A stretch of DNA of 57,172 bases, counting the filler, from Diploschistes diacapsis (Eukaryota), in NCBI GenBank assembly GCA_023645945.1. It is 6 parts of 6 records of this genome, joined end to end, with 100 filler letters (N's around TTAATTAATTAA, not from the genome) between each part and the next. Parts side by side here need not be neighbours in the genome. Positions count along the whole stretch, not along the records: positions 9,568 to 19,031 come from JALAIB010001037.1; positions 19,132 to 28,582 come from JALAIB010001038.1; 4 more parts are not named here. The stretch is one strand, 5' to 3'. Positions 12,446 to 24,537 of the stretch are shown here, piece by piece. The notes under the pieces are model-generated. The model saw only the letters and a list, made by a program, of their open reading frames with translations. It had not been told where the DNA came from and searched no databases. Each line of letters starts with the position of its first letter. The stretch's first letter is position 1. Both the position numbers and the translations under genes were made by a program.

Positions 12446-13858
12446 TCACCTGTTGCTCTCCGCCTCCGTCTCCACCACCTGCGAGGGCCCGCTCGACCCC
12501 GCCTCCACCGCCACCCTTCTCTTTGCGTCCTCCTGCGCCATAATTTCCCCACTACTCAACACGCTCTCCGTCTCCGTCTCCGTCTCCGTCTCCATTCTCT
12601 CGTCCTCCTCGCTCTTTCCTCCTTCCCCGTCACCCCCACTCCCACTATCGCTCCCCCTACCTCCTCCGCTCCCACGGCTTCCCTGCCTCTTTCCCCTGTC
12701 ACTCCCCGCAAAACCCCTTCCCGATCCTTGCGAATCCCGGGACACTCGCCGCGGCACAGACTGCCTAATCTCGAAGCCCTCGGACCTCGCCACCAAGCTC
12801 CGATAATAATCCACCAGCACCTCCGGCTTCGGCACGATGCGCCAATCTATGCGCTGTAGAAACTCAAGCTCCAGCACCGCCAGCTCGCGCAGCCCCACGC
12901 CGCCGACGCGCGCATAAGTGTTGTTCGTCCAGAAAGAATCGCTTAGCCCCTTGCTGGCGACGGTGGCGCTGGCGATCAGGTAGCGGTGCACGGTGAGGCT
13001 GTTGATGGTGAAACGCGGCCACAGCGCGCACAGGCGGTCGATGTAGTAGACCATGCACAGTAGTATGGGCGGGGAGAGCGTTGCGTGTGTCGTAAGGCGC
13101 TGCAGGTAGTCGGCGACGGAGATGCCGGGCGGGGCCCGCGAGTGAAAGCGCGTCAGCCCGGCGGTGGAAAGGGAGGCCGTTGTGGAGTCGTTGTGGGAGA
13201 TTAGCTCCATCAGCATGTTGGCAATTAATTTGACGAGGTCCGAGGGGTCGCAGTGTTGGTAGCGCGAGGGCACGATTTTGGTGGTGGAAGAGGGAGAGTG
13301 GCGGGGGCGTTTGCTGCGCGAAGGTTGCGGAAGGTCGGTGGTTGTCGAGGAAGAGGACGAGGCTGTGGTGCCAACGAGGGTTGTGGCGGCTGTTGCAGAG
13401 GAGGAGGGGGCTCGGTGGGTTGAGGATGTTGTGGAGCTGGGAGGGGAAGTGCGAGAAGGGGGGTTCATGGCGGTTGAGGGTAGAGAAGACTGCTTGGAGG
13501 AATTGAATGTCGAGGTTGAGGAACTAATTGATGGTGTTATATGTGGTTCGGGAGAATCGGGAATGGTCGCTGTTGCTGCCGCTACTGCTTGTTCCCATCT
13601 TACTTCTTGCGGCAGAACGCTCTCAGGCGAGGAGCCCATTGCGTGCGGTGAGTACTGAGTCGAAGCTTCGCTCGTCTGTCGTACCTGGAACTTTGGCGAG
13701 TGTATCCGCCGGGCGGTCATCTCCAGCGGAGAGTTAGGCACTGATCGCCGCCGAGCCGCCGCGGCCGAGGGTACACTGCCGAAAACTCGCGATGAGCGGG
13801 TGTAGACATGTCTCGATCTGCAGGAATGGAGAGTTGGCGAGGGGGACAATGTGTTCAT
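12446..13858 (-). CDS. PHO80: Pho80/PREG-like cyclin
   Basis: LTRFHSRAPPGISVADYLQRL...YYIDRL...SLTVHRYLIASATVASKGLSDSFWTNNTYARVGG cyclin box. Start placed at MNTLSPSP; the ORF extends to 14062, so the start is uncertain. Confidence 0.9.
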   Translation of the reverse strand: MNTLSPSPTLHSCRSRHVYTRSSRVFGSVPSAAAARRRSVPNSPLEMTARRIHSPKFQVRQTSEASTQYSPHAMGSSPESVLPQEVRWEQAVAAATATIPDSPEPHITPSISSSTSTFNSSKQSSLPSTAMNPPSRTSPPSSTTSSTHRAPSSSATAATTLVGTTASSSSSTTTDLPQPSRSKRPRHSPSSTTKIVPSRYQHCDPSDLVKLIANMLMELISHNDSTTASLSTAGLTRFHSRAPPGISVADYLQRLTTHATLSPPILLCMVYYIDRLCALWPRFTINSLTVHRYLIASATVASKGLSDSFWTNNTYARVGGVGLRELAVLELEFLQRIDWRIVPKPEVLVDYYRSLVARSEGFEIRQSVPRRVSRDSQGSGRGFAGSDRGKRQGSRGSGGGRGSDSGSGGDGEGGKSEEDERMETETETETESVLSSGEIMAQEDAKRRVAVEAGSSGPSQVVETEAESNR

Positions 13859-16138
13859 TTGAAGGCTGCTGAGAGGCTCTTCACCGATGTCAGCGGCGTA
13901 CCGGAGTTTGTTAGACGAAGCCAGAAGCAGCCGCGATAGGAAGGAGGGGACGGTGAGTGTTGACCTGGCCGTTACGCATGGCTTTTGCGGGGTGCGGTCC
14001 GGCTTGGCGGAGCATTGTCTCCCGTTTGTGGGGCCGAAGCTAAGATGAAACAACTGCCTCATCTTTTTGGAAAGATGTTTAAATCTATCAATCTAAGCCT
14101 GCCTCCAAATATTATGATTAGAGACGAGTATCCTGTGATGTGCTGATGTATCCTGCTTGGGGGCTAAGGCACAAAGGACTCTTAGTATTTGTAACTGTCT
14201 GATATTCGATGCTGAATAGACAACGTTCTATGATAGGGGGCAGCGGTAACTAGAGACCGAACTACCTAATAACAAAGTACAGACGCTTTGATCATTGAGT
14301 GAATTATACCTTTCGTTCGTTAGGCTGAGGTCGCTGGGTATGAATGATTAATGGAGATGTAGGATGAAGCGGATGCAAATTGTAGGTCAAGGCCAGATTA
14401 AGTATCACGAGAGGTTCAGGATCTCAAAATTTCAACTACATCTAGGACAGGAAATTTTGTGGGACTATTCGTCCGCTTCTGGCTAAGCAAGAGTATCCCA
14501 GACTCAAAGTCTATCACCAATAGACTCGCGGCCATCGTGAAGATGGCCATCGAGGCAATCCCCATCCAAAAAAATACCCTACGTTAGATGGGCGTTCCCC
14601 TAGGGTGACTGGCGGTCCACAGAAATTAGTCAAAGGAAATATCGGCTATGCTCCGGGATGTTAGAGGCCATGGGATCAGCCGACGAATGATGCAGCTCTT
14701 GGATTCGGTACAGTCACCATAGCAAGATATGGCATTGCTTGTGTTCGGCTGAACCTCCGGTCCAAGCACGTGCATAAGAGTTTGATGTCGCTTGCGTCTC
14801 GAAGGGGTGCTCAAGGCAAGGTCCACTTGCTGAGGAGAAAAAGCATCAGAAAAAGTGACTAAACAAGAATCGAATGAACAAGTCTGTTCATTGTGTGGAG
14901 AGTAATACCGAATCCTTCCATGATCAGTAGCATCCGAAAAAGTTGAAGGGCTATGAGACTGAGCTGTCCTCGTGCTGCCTGCATATGGTATATGGGTATA
15001 CAAGATCATCCGATGCACAATGTGTTAGATCTATAAGTGACGCGATGGTTGTAACGGCTGTGCAGTAGTTGCAACGGCTGGTGGTAGACACAAACAAAAT
15101 GGGCTCATGCAAGCTGAAGCCATGGTGCTTCGCTACCGTCTCCTTGTTCTGCTCTTGTGTTGCATGATTATGGAACAAGAACTGGCAATTGGCGCGCCAG
15201 CGATTGTGGCAAGCCAAACACGAAACCGATCCCTAATGAAGGGACTCATAGCTTAGATCCAAGGATGGAAACGTGGCCCATAGTACAGGAGCATTCAGGA
15301 ACGTGTTCGAAGTTATAACCCAGGACTGAGGATGGCATCAAGCTTTCCGCCAAGAAATAGTGCTGATTGGTGCGCTTTCCCATGTTTGTTTTAGGGTTGC
15401 GATGGCGCCTCCAAGCGAGGCACAGCGACACAAAGAACATCTCATTTCAGGACTGCACATGAAGAGCTAGCCGCAACGGCTACGATGAAAGCCTAAATTG
15501 AGCCAGGGGGAAACAGATCCGGTTTCGTACAGAAAGCTCAAGGGGACTCTGCAAGATCAACTTACATCATGACTATGCCAACATGGCAACAAACGAAACA
15601 TGATGTCAAGGATGGAGCGGTAGCGTAATCATGAGCAGTTGCCACCCTCTTTGCAATCGGCACAAGAAATGGGAAACTTTGCAGTAGTGCGATAGAGAAA
15701 TATGGGGTAGAACAAGCTAGTAAAAACGTTGTTGGTGACATTGAACATGTCGCTTCTGTAGAAAGAGGCTGAGGCTGAGGCTCAAGAGAACCCTAATGCA
15801 CGGGCCTCTTTTTGCTCATTATGTCAGCAAATCGGGCTATGATAAGATAAGATCTTATCTTAAGTCCGAGATCTATGTTATGACCCGTCCACATGAAAGT
15901 AAACAAACTTCCTCAGCTCTTCCCTTCGTCTTCCTCATCTTCAACTTCATCCCTTTGAATGCGATTGCACAAGATACAAGTTCTCAACTGTACCTGCACT
16001 CCAGCATTCTTTGCTCCTTCCAAGTGTTTGATTGTAAGAACGGAATTTGGAAGCATTCAAGTCGGCTGTAGAACGCGAGTTGTGACGAAGTCACGCCAGA
16101 TACATTACCTTCACCAATAGCTCATCTCGGCTTCAGCT

Positions 16139-18112
16139 ATGCCATCCCAACGAGCGAAGCAGACCCCAACTCTCAGTCAATTTATGTCGCTGTCTCCATC
16201 AGACCGAAGAACTGCTCAGATGATGCAGTTTGACCGCCAGAAACATTCTCCTCCTCGCAACTTCGACTGGAAGCTGCGACTAGCAAACCCTTCCAATCAA
16301 CACCCAGCCAACGATCCAGATATTACAATCCTCAGCAACACTGGCTCAACTCTCGAAGTGCCACTGCAACCCCTCCCGAGCCCAGTCAACTCAACTGCGT
16401 CTGGTCCTTCCGATTTCACCGAGAATATGGAGAAGTACTTCGCACCAGGCTTTGACATCAACTCATATAAAACCAGGAAGTCACAGAAACAGTCAATGAA
16501 ACAGCAACTTGTGACGGCTGAAGCAACAGCCAAGGGCAACAAGAAGTCTAATAAATCAACACCAGCTGAGGAAACTTCCATTTGTCCTATTACCCAGCAA
16601 CAAGCTCAAGCCAAAGCTAATTACAGCGATCTTATTGAGAAGCTAGTCAATGAATCACACAATAGACTTAGTAGTGCTGGATCATCCCACCATTCTCATC
16701 TAAACAGCCATTCATCACGCCCTACTTCGTCATCACACACTTCTGAATCACAAACGGCCACAGTTCAGAGCCACGGCAAGCATGAGCAGAAGCTTGATTC
16801 TAAGAATGAACATCACACCATAACCTCATCGCAAACATCACAAAGCTATAGGCAACCCAGTGTGGAGGATGCCACTGGTAGCGATCTGAGCGAGAAGTCG
16901 CCCGCTTGGAGCAGTCAGCATCATTTGATGAGAGTACAGGAGTCATATGACGAGGAATTGCTAAATCTGGATCTCGAAAAGGAAATTGCAAAAGAGCAAG
17001 GTCGGTTACAGACACCACCACGGCAGGTACAGAAAGCTCAAGGTGTGAACCCTAAGAAACCTACAACCATACCAGCAGAGTCCCTGCAAAAATCATCACC
17101 ACACAAAGTTGCACTTGAAAGACTCAAAGATGCAATTGCAAGAACAAAACCAATAGTCGCTCCACTAGCTCCACCTTCCGAGTCCTTCAATCCTTCATTA
17201 ACTGGGCTTGGCAGTTCACGTCGAGCACCATCTGAGGTAGCATCCGAGATACCCTTTGAGGCACCATCTGACCTTGAGGACACCAACTTTGATCCGAAGG
17301 CTAGCGTTGTCCATCATAACACTCGTCCTTCTACCCCGGATTACCTGAGGCACGTAGCAACACAAGTCACACTGACGCTGAACGAACCCCCTGAGCCAGC
17401 CATGCTGCCACGAACTCAGTCAATCTTGAATCAGATCGAGGATCTCCAGACCCAGGTCGAAAGCTACAAAACCGAGCTTGATACATTAAAGCAAGATAAC
17501 TATGAACTTCACGAACGGCTTGGCAACGTCCAACAGGACAACAATGAGCTTCATGAACGACTTGACAATGTCCAACAAGACAAACAACTATTGGAAAAGG
17601 AGAACAAGAAGCTCCGGATCAAGTTAGTCAGCTTCAAAGAACAGGTTAAGGAACAGACTAGAGACCAGATGAAGGTTGAGGAAGAACAACATTTGCTTAT
17701 GGCAGAAAATAAGCAGCTGAAAGAACATATGAAGGAGCAGGGCAGGGAGCAAACGAAGATTGAGGAAGAACAGCATGTTCTGAGAATAGAAAACAAGAAA
17801 CTCAGGGCAGGTTTGAAAAGTCCAAAGCGTTCTCAGGACGATCATCTACAAAAGGAGAACAACGCTTTGAAAGCCGCACTTGAGACGATGAAAGTCGAGT
17901 ATCGGACTGTGAAAGCTGAACTTTCCAACACTTCAGACGAATTAGCCTGTCTCAAGGAGAAAATGAGAGCGCTGCAAGATGAGAGGAACCTCATGGGAGA
18001 AGCGCTGATGTACGAATGGGGAAAGCAGGAGGTTGGGCCTAAAAGGCGGCCTGATGGTACTTGGGGCATGGGGTACCGCTACAAGTATGTCAAAAGAGGG
18101 AAGGATACTTAA
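16139..18112 (+). CDS. Coiled-coil protein, possibly spindle-pole-body associated (SnaD-like)
   Basis: 657-aa single-exon ORF with disordered N-terminus, long coiled coil, and C-terminal ERNLMGEALMYEWG...GYRYKYVK motif. The functional label is from recollection and is tentative. Confidence 0.6.
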   Translation: MPSQRAKQTPTLSQFMSLSPSDRRTAQMMQFDRQKHSPPRNFDWKLRLANPSNQHPANDPDITILSNTGSTLEVPLQPLPSPVNSTASGPSDFTENMEKYFAPGFDINSYKTRKSQKQSMKQQLVTAEATAKGNKKSNKSTPAEETSICPITQQQAQAKANYSDLIEKLVNESHNRLSSAGSSHHSHLNSHSSRPTSSSHTSESQTATVQSHGKHEQKLDSKNEHHTITSSQTSQSYRQPSVEDATGSDLSEKSPAWSSQHHLMRVQESYDEELLNLDLEKEIAKEQGRLQTPPRQVQKAQGVNPKKPTTIPAESLQKSSPHKVALERLKDAIARTKPIVAPLAPPSESFNPSLTGLGSSRRAPSEVASEIPFEAPSDLEDTNFDPKASVVHHNTRPSTPDYLRHVATQVTLTLNEPPEPAMLPRTQSILNQIEDLQTQVESYKTELDTLKQDNYELHERLGNVQQDNNELHERLDNVQQDKQLLEKENKKLRIKLVSFKEQVKEQTRDQMKVEEEQHLLMAENKQLKEHMKEQGREQTKIEEEQHVLRIENKKLRAGLKSPKRSQDDHLQKENNALKAALETMKVEYRTVKAELSNTSDELACLKEKMRALQDERNLMGEALMYEWGKQEVGPKRRPDGTWGMGYRYKYVKRGKDT

Positions 18113-18433
18113 GGTGCCTGGAAGCAGTCTGTTGTTTGTTTCATGAGTGCTGGAAGCAAACTGCATTGTTTTTTTTTCCGAGTTGTTTGAAGCGGTGTCT
18201 TTAAACTATACGTTTTTGATTACGATTGCACGGTTAACGAAGCATAAGATACCCCACATAGTTAGCATTAGAGCGAGCTTTGAAAGCTGTTTGAATCCAT
18301 TGGTTTTGAGCTTCTCAATCGACTTGCAGTATGCATGAGTTGCCTGTAGTTTATTTTCTATTGACCCTCCGATAAACCACTCCACTCTTTCCTCAATGCA
18401 TCTTCTTCTTCTTCTCTCCACCACCGCTCTTCT

Positions 18434-19031
18434 CTATCCCTTTCCTAGTTCTCTCCCCAAGGAGCGGACACCCCCAGCCCACACCTCGAACTCCACCCCC
18501 CTCTCTCCTTCTCCTATACCCGCCGTCCACGCCGCGAATACGACTCTAGCCCACCGTCTCCACCGCCTCGGCGCCCACTCGGCCCCGAGTCCCGGCACGG
18601 GTCCCGCAGGTTCACGTGCACCCATCACCTCGCCTCCGCTCCTTCCTTTCCCTTCTTTTTTCCCCGCGTCCGTCTCTCTTTCTCCTTCCCCCCCCCGTAT
18701 CGCCTGCGTTCCCTCCCTTTGCGATCCCCTCTCGTCCCCCCCTTGCCGCCCTGTCGGCGTCTCGGGCCCGAAATCTCGAGCCCAGGCCGCTTGCTTGACC
18801 AGCGCGACGCGGCACGCGATCTGGTTGCTCCAGCTCAGTCCCAGCGCGGGCGTCTTCGGCGCCGTGTCCGCGCCGCGCCGCGCATCGCCCCAGCCCGTGA
18901 AGAAGCGCATCTGGTGGTCCAGCCCGAGCCGGGCGTCCGTCGGCGTGGGAGACGGCGGGCTATCTTGTGGCGGGGCCGGTTGTGGCTGCGGGCGCTGTGT
19001 GGCGGGGTTGGGTGAGGGAGAGGATTGTGGG
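18434..19031 (-). CDS. RAD57: Rad57/XRCC3-like recombination protein, 3' part (5' end lost at contig end)
   Basis: LDHQMRFFTGWGD...KTPALGLSWSNQIACRVALVK...WRRWARVVFAAW...VEFEVWAGGVR matches fungal Rad57 C-termini. Confidence 0.8.
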
Positions 19032-19131
19032 NNNNNNNNNNNNNNNNNNNNNNNNNNNNNNNNNNNNNNNNNNNNTTAATTAATTAANNNNNNNNNNNNN
19101 NNNNNNNNNNNNNNNNNNNNNNNNNNNNNNN
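19032..19131. other. Artificial contig spacer
   Basis: 44N-TTAATTAATTAA-44N. Confidence 0.98.
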
Positions 19132-19561
19132 TTATAATACTATTAAAAAGAGTCGTTTATTCTTATTGAGCTCGCTTGTCCTTGTTTTCGCTGGCGTCGC
19201 TTATAACGTTATAGGACATGATGCTATTGAACATTCACCCGCTTAATAGCTATAATAGTAACTATAAAGAGCTCGATGGTAGCCATAGCTTTTGGAATGC
19301 ATCTTTATTTCACAAATCAATTTGAGTCAATACTGACACTGGTTATTTTAAAGAAACTTTCTGGCGCTAACGTCGTCGACGCTGGCGATTAAGACATAAT
19401 TAGATAAATTTATAAGGTCAGATATAGCTATTATTCGACCTAAAGGGCTTTCAATTAATCACTTTTAGAAATATTTTATTTTAAATATATATTATTATAG
19501 TTTTGCTATTGTATCACGTGTTCGGGTACTAGGGTCTGTTCGGGTACTAGGGTCACCACTC
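19132..19561. mobile_element. AT-rich degenerate DNA-transposon end with terminal repeat
   Basis: TpA-rich decayed sequence ending in GTTCGGGTACTAGGGTC(T/A) x2 (19520-19555) + CCACTC, then TA; composition changes after it. Confidence 0.65.
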
Positions 19562-19901
19562 TATTTAATGAGAAAGTACACTGTAATGATGCAAAGGTTA
19601 CTAGTTAGGGTAGGAAGTAGACATTCTTTGAAAAGTAGGAAGAGTAGAATCTCTTTGCAGCTGGCTCCGGGGCTTTTTATAGATAAATTTGAGGAGGCAG
19701 TAATTAACTCGGCTACCGCCGTACTCCAACTGAATTCTGAATTCCGAAGATGCCGGTGAGCTTTGAGCAGTTTATATTGCAACGTTGCATATAAACGTCT
19801 TGAAATGGTTTTCTAATTCTCCATACATCACTTATGACCCTTTATCTTCGCTTTGTGTCGGTCACAGAACGGTTGCGGTTTCCTATAGGTTCCATACGAT
19901 C

Positions 19902-21219
19902 ATGCGATCTGCTTACCTTGTCAGTTTTTTGGCCACTTTTTGCGCAACCTGCGCTTTGGCGGCAGCAGAAGAACCGAAGCCGAGGAAACCATGCACCATC
20001 AAGTCGTCAACCAGCGGTCTTGAATTCGACCTGAACGGCTTGGCGGTTTTACCGAAAGAGCAAGGAGACAAAGGTAAGGATAGCCGGGAGGAGAGCTGGA
20101 TCGCCAAAGGATACGACTATGGGATCAACTTCACCATGAATTTTTGCGCGCCGGTGGTTGAGAACCTCGAGGATGTTCAAGGCATTGATGAAAAGCTTTG
20201 GAGAAATGTCAGCGCATACTACAAGCGGGAGGGGGAGGTCTATTCAATAGGGTACTAATTCATGCTCCGATTGCGCTCTCTACTACCATGGCCATTTACT
20301 GACGCGTAATACTTGTTCAGACAGCAATCTTCTGAGCTTGTATTCCGTGGTCGCAAGCTTGTGCTGAACTACACTGATGGCTCGCCATGTGACGAATCCC
20401 ATTCGAAGCGAAAGGTTATTGACGATGACGATAACGAGACAGACTCGAAGAAGAGCAGTACCGGCCGAAAGTCCTCCATTATTTCCTTCTTATGTGAAAA
20501 AGATACATACGACTCCACGAAACCTAAAGTATCCATATCCTTTGTCGGCGCCAGCCCAGATGAATGTACCTACTTTTTTGAAGCACGATCGCCACTCTCA
20601 TGCGTCGGCGCCGTACGGGTAGAATCAGATGTGGGACCAGGCAGTGTCTTCGGACTGATGTAGGTTGATACGCTAGCTTTCTGTTGTTCCTGCTAATTAG
20701 ATTATAAGAGCCTTGATCACACTTGCAGCTTATATCTTCGGTGGTATCGCATATCAACGCACCATAATGCATCAACGCGGCTGGCGACAGATACCAAACT
20801 ACAGCATGTGGGCCGGTATAGCGAGTTTCTGCAAAGTGAGTATCCGCAGATACTTTCATTCTTCTTTTCGCTTCTGGCGCTATACACCCATCTATATCTT
20901 TGTGTCAGCAATCATGGGGTGGAGTGGAAAGGCGAGCATCAAGTCCCGGAGCACTATCGCATCCTTCTCGCAAGCATGGCGGCAGACATCCCAACGATCT
21001 CGGAATTGATCGAGGTACGCAGACCAATATAACGAGCAGGCTGCTTACACGCCGCATTAGGACATGGTCATTATTCTATTCTCATCCTGTACCCGTTGGG
21101 TGCCCAAACGGAAAGGGTACAGCCAAGTACCATCTTACGGCGCCGGTCGAGGACGAGGTGAGGATCGAGAAGACGAGAACAGATTGATCGATCAGCTAGA
21201 CGAGGAATGGGATGAATAG
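19902..21219 (+). CDS. MRL1: Mannose-6-phosphate receptor-like protein
   Basis: Exons 19902-20251, 20321-20659, 20709-20835, 21061-21219. Signal peptide, GYDYGINFTMNFCAPVV, FRGRKLVLNYTDGSPC, TM helix, RGWRQIPNYSMW, tail EDENRLIDQLDEEWDE*. Confidence 0.9.
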
Positions 21220-21703
21220 TCTACCTTTTTGGACTATTAATTATAGAGAATCTATACAGACCCTGTATAATAATAGCTGGAAAGATGAACTTGCGTCGGG
21301 TTGGGGCACGGAAGCATTTGGGCGGCGTCGGTTAGCGATTATGGTGTACTTGACGAATAATCAGGTTACTAAAGACGTCTTGGGAGGCTACCTTGTATAT
21401 GTAGAGACAGACATCTGGACAACACAGAAATTCCTGTCCACGTTTTGAATTATGCCAAACATGGCATCTGCTGCACCATTTATTCCACAAGTTTTGAGTG
21501 CAGAAGACGATTACAAATGGAAAACTCATTTAATAAATGCTCCCTGCTAACGCGCTGTAGAACTCCAGTATCAATAATATTAGCGCTGGTAGAATCATCA
21601 TTTTGATTACGTTGGACTCTCTATTTCTCGCGGTTCCTTCATCTTTATTAAGATAGCATAATCATTATTGGATATTCATGACACCTTACTCTGGGATTCA
21701 GTG

Positions 21704-23491
21704 ATGGATAGCACTGTCCAGCCTTATACGTATATGGCTCTGAAACTACCGTCCGAGACGTTGAAAGTCGTACAAATAACACCTAATACGTATGTAATTT
21801 GAGTGAGCAACTGCCGCCCTCGATCATGGTCTTGTAATAACGTCAGGAACAGCAACATTTCATTGGGGAAATATGGAACGTTCCATGCAAATCATTTGAT
21901 AGGTCGGCCATATCATCTTACTTTTGAGCTAGTGGAGGATCCCATCGAGAAAGGAAACACCTCCTTGAGACTCGTCCCGGCTGCTGAGCTCTACGAACAC
22001 TTCAAGGCCGAGAATGCCACTCCGGAAGAGAGCGTTAATGGAGGGCCTGGCGTGGAATATGAGGTCGTCAATGCCGAAGGAAAGGTAGTGATGAGAACGA
22101 ATCAGCATATTGTAGATAATGCGGCGAGTCAACGCTTGAGTAACGAAGAAATCGAGGCTCTCAAGCAAGGAGAAACTTCATCTGGTAGGAACATCATCGC
22201 CAAAATCCTAGAGTCACACTCGGCCCTGGACAAGAAGACGAGCTATGCACTGGCAAAGTATACCTTAAGAAAAACAAGGAAGTTTATGCGAAGGTTTACT
22301 GTACTGCCGCTAGATGTCCCTTTGCTTACTAGTTGGATGGTGAATGAGAAAGATGGTGGTCGGATCATGGACATCCGGGAGGAGATGCTGGCGCAAATTT
22401 GCAGCTGGGCTAACGTCTACTGCGATGATACACTCTCACTCGAGCAGAACCCGGGAAATGCGCCGCTTAGCAACAGCAATCGCTGGCTAGTTATCGACGA
22501 GACTGGCGGTCTGATTATCGCCGCAATGGCGGAGAGAATGGGTATACTCTACCCTCAAATGTCTGGGACAGGAAAAAGAAAATTTCCTAACGGGACTGAG
22601 AGTAGGACTATTGGAAACTCACAAAAAAGTGATGAAGTTTCAAGAGAGCTTGCTATACCTCATGAGCAGATATTGCAGACAAACGCTTTAAACCAGTCAA
22701 GCATGTCCATCATCGCTCAGGAGAGCGCCATGTCCGCCACGACGAATTCAATAACTTTGATCCATCCCAACCCTCAGCCAAATCTCTCGCTGCTCACATA
22801 CTTTGGGTATGAGGCTGGCAACCCCGATGCAAGGCATCCGTTACACACAAACCTACGGACTCTCTCTTGGCTCCAGCTCCTCCATCCAGAAGAAGACTCT
22901 GCATATCAAGAACCGGAGGGTATCCCGGAACAAGAGCTGGCCATTATGAAAAGCAGCAAAAAGGGTACCTACTACCGCAAACGCCGTCGATGGCAGAGAA
23001 CGAAATCGATCGTTGACGATACTCGCGCCGGTAACTTTGCCGGGCTTATCGTGGCGTCAGTCATGGCCCCAGCTACGGTATTGCACCATGTCGTTCCTCT
23101 GCTTCAGGGTGGCACGCAGGTGGTCGTCTACTCGCCGACTATCGAGCCGCTGACCAAGTTGGTGGACTGTTACTCAAAGCTACGCCGAACAGCCTATCAG
23201 AATGCTGAAAATCCTCAAGTGCCGAGTGGGGAATTCCCTGTCAATCCGCTGCTCCTACTTGCACCAACCATATACACTGCAAGGACAAGGCCATGGCAAG
23301 TGTTACCGGGGCGCACACATCCCAAGATGACTGCCAGAGGTGGCGCAGAAGGGTATGTGTTTGTGGCCACGCGTGTGCTTCCGCTGGAAGCGAAGGTGGA
23401 TCCTCGAGGAACGTACCAGAAGCGCAAGGCGGATATATCAAACTCAGCCCAAACACCAAGTGGAGAGGCCATGGACCTAGACGACGGATAG
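21704..23491 (+). CDS. TRM6: tRNA m1A58 methyltransferase non-catalytic subunit
   Basis: Exons 21704-21789 and 21853-23491. ISLGKYGTFHANHLIGRPY, DKKTSYALAKY, WQVLPGRTHPKMTARGGAEGY. Confidence 0.93.
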
Positions 23492-23599
23492 AATGAAAAC
23501 GGCAGTGGGAAAGGGAAGGTCAGTATGGATTAGGTGCACGCCCCTGGAAATAGGACTAAGGGTATCAAAACATCATTCCTCCATTCTTCAATAACAAGA

Positions 23600-24537
23600 C
23601 TACAAAGACTTGCCCATGAATTTCCTCTTCGTAAAGCTAAGCCACCACTTGGTACAATCAGCACCTCCACAATGATTCGAAAGGACACTTCAATGTACAT
23701 ACCTTACTTGGCGTAGTCCCTCCTGCATACACTCTCTGCAACAACCTCATCGCCAACTCTTGCCTCACTTGCGAAAGATACTGCCTCAGCGTCTCCGCAT
23801 CCTGCCTATTTGCGGGCGCCTCGAACGCCTGATTGAGCGGAAAGCTTGCGTCCCCCGGAATGGCGAAATTCGTGTCCAGCGCTGTATTCAGCAATGCCTA
23901 CAATTCCCCGTCAGCCTGTACAATCTTTATCTCCACCAAAAACTCCATTCCCCTTTTCTATCGACCACCCCTTTACCTTCCTCCCCTTATCTCCCCTCAT
24001 CCCTCGTTCCCCTTGCCTATTGATCTCATATTGGAATATATCCTACCTTCTCCGCCTCCTTAGGGCCCATATGCACCTTTATCCGCCCCACGCACTCGCT
24101 AACGAAAAGGATGCCGTAGATAAGCAAGCGATCGGCGGGGCCCTTGATCTCGAAGTTGCGGAAAAAAGTGTTGGCACGGAAGAGCGAGAGGACTTCGTCG
24201 AGCTGGTCGTAGGACTCGCTGTCCGGGTCGATGTTCAAGAGGTCAGAGCCCGCGGGGAGTGGGGGGAGGACGTAGGCGGGTCCGCGCGTACGGGTGCGTA
24301 GGGGGGAAAGGGCGATGTTGCCTGGAGGGGGATAGATGAGGGGTTAGAGGTGGGATTGGAAGTGGGAGAATAGGGTTGGAGAGGGGTTGAATGGAGGGTT
24401 GTTGGAGGGATTTGGGTGGGGTGGAGGACCTATTACGCGGGTGTTGGCGTCCTCTTGGAGGAAGATGGAGTGGTATGCCTGCGCTTTAGCTTAGTCTGCC
24501 GTTGCAATGTGAGGTAGAGGCATGGTTGTACGGGCAT
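23600..24537 (-). CDS. ARC18: Arp2/3 complex subunit ARPC3
   Basis: Exons 24537-24532, 24478-24430, 24321-24047, 23897-23703, 23647-23600 give MPAYHSIF...FRANTFFRNFEIKGPADR...PSKWWLSFTKRKFMGKSL*. Confidence 0.95.
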
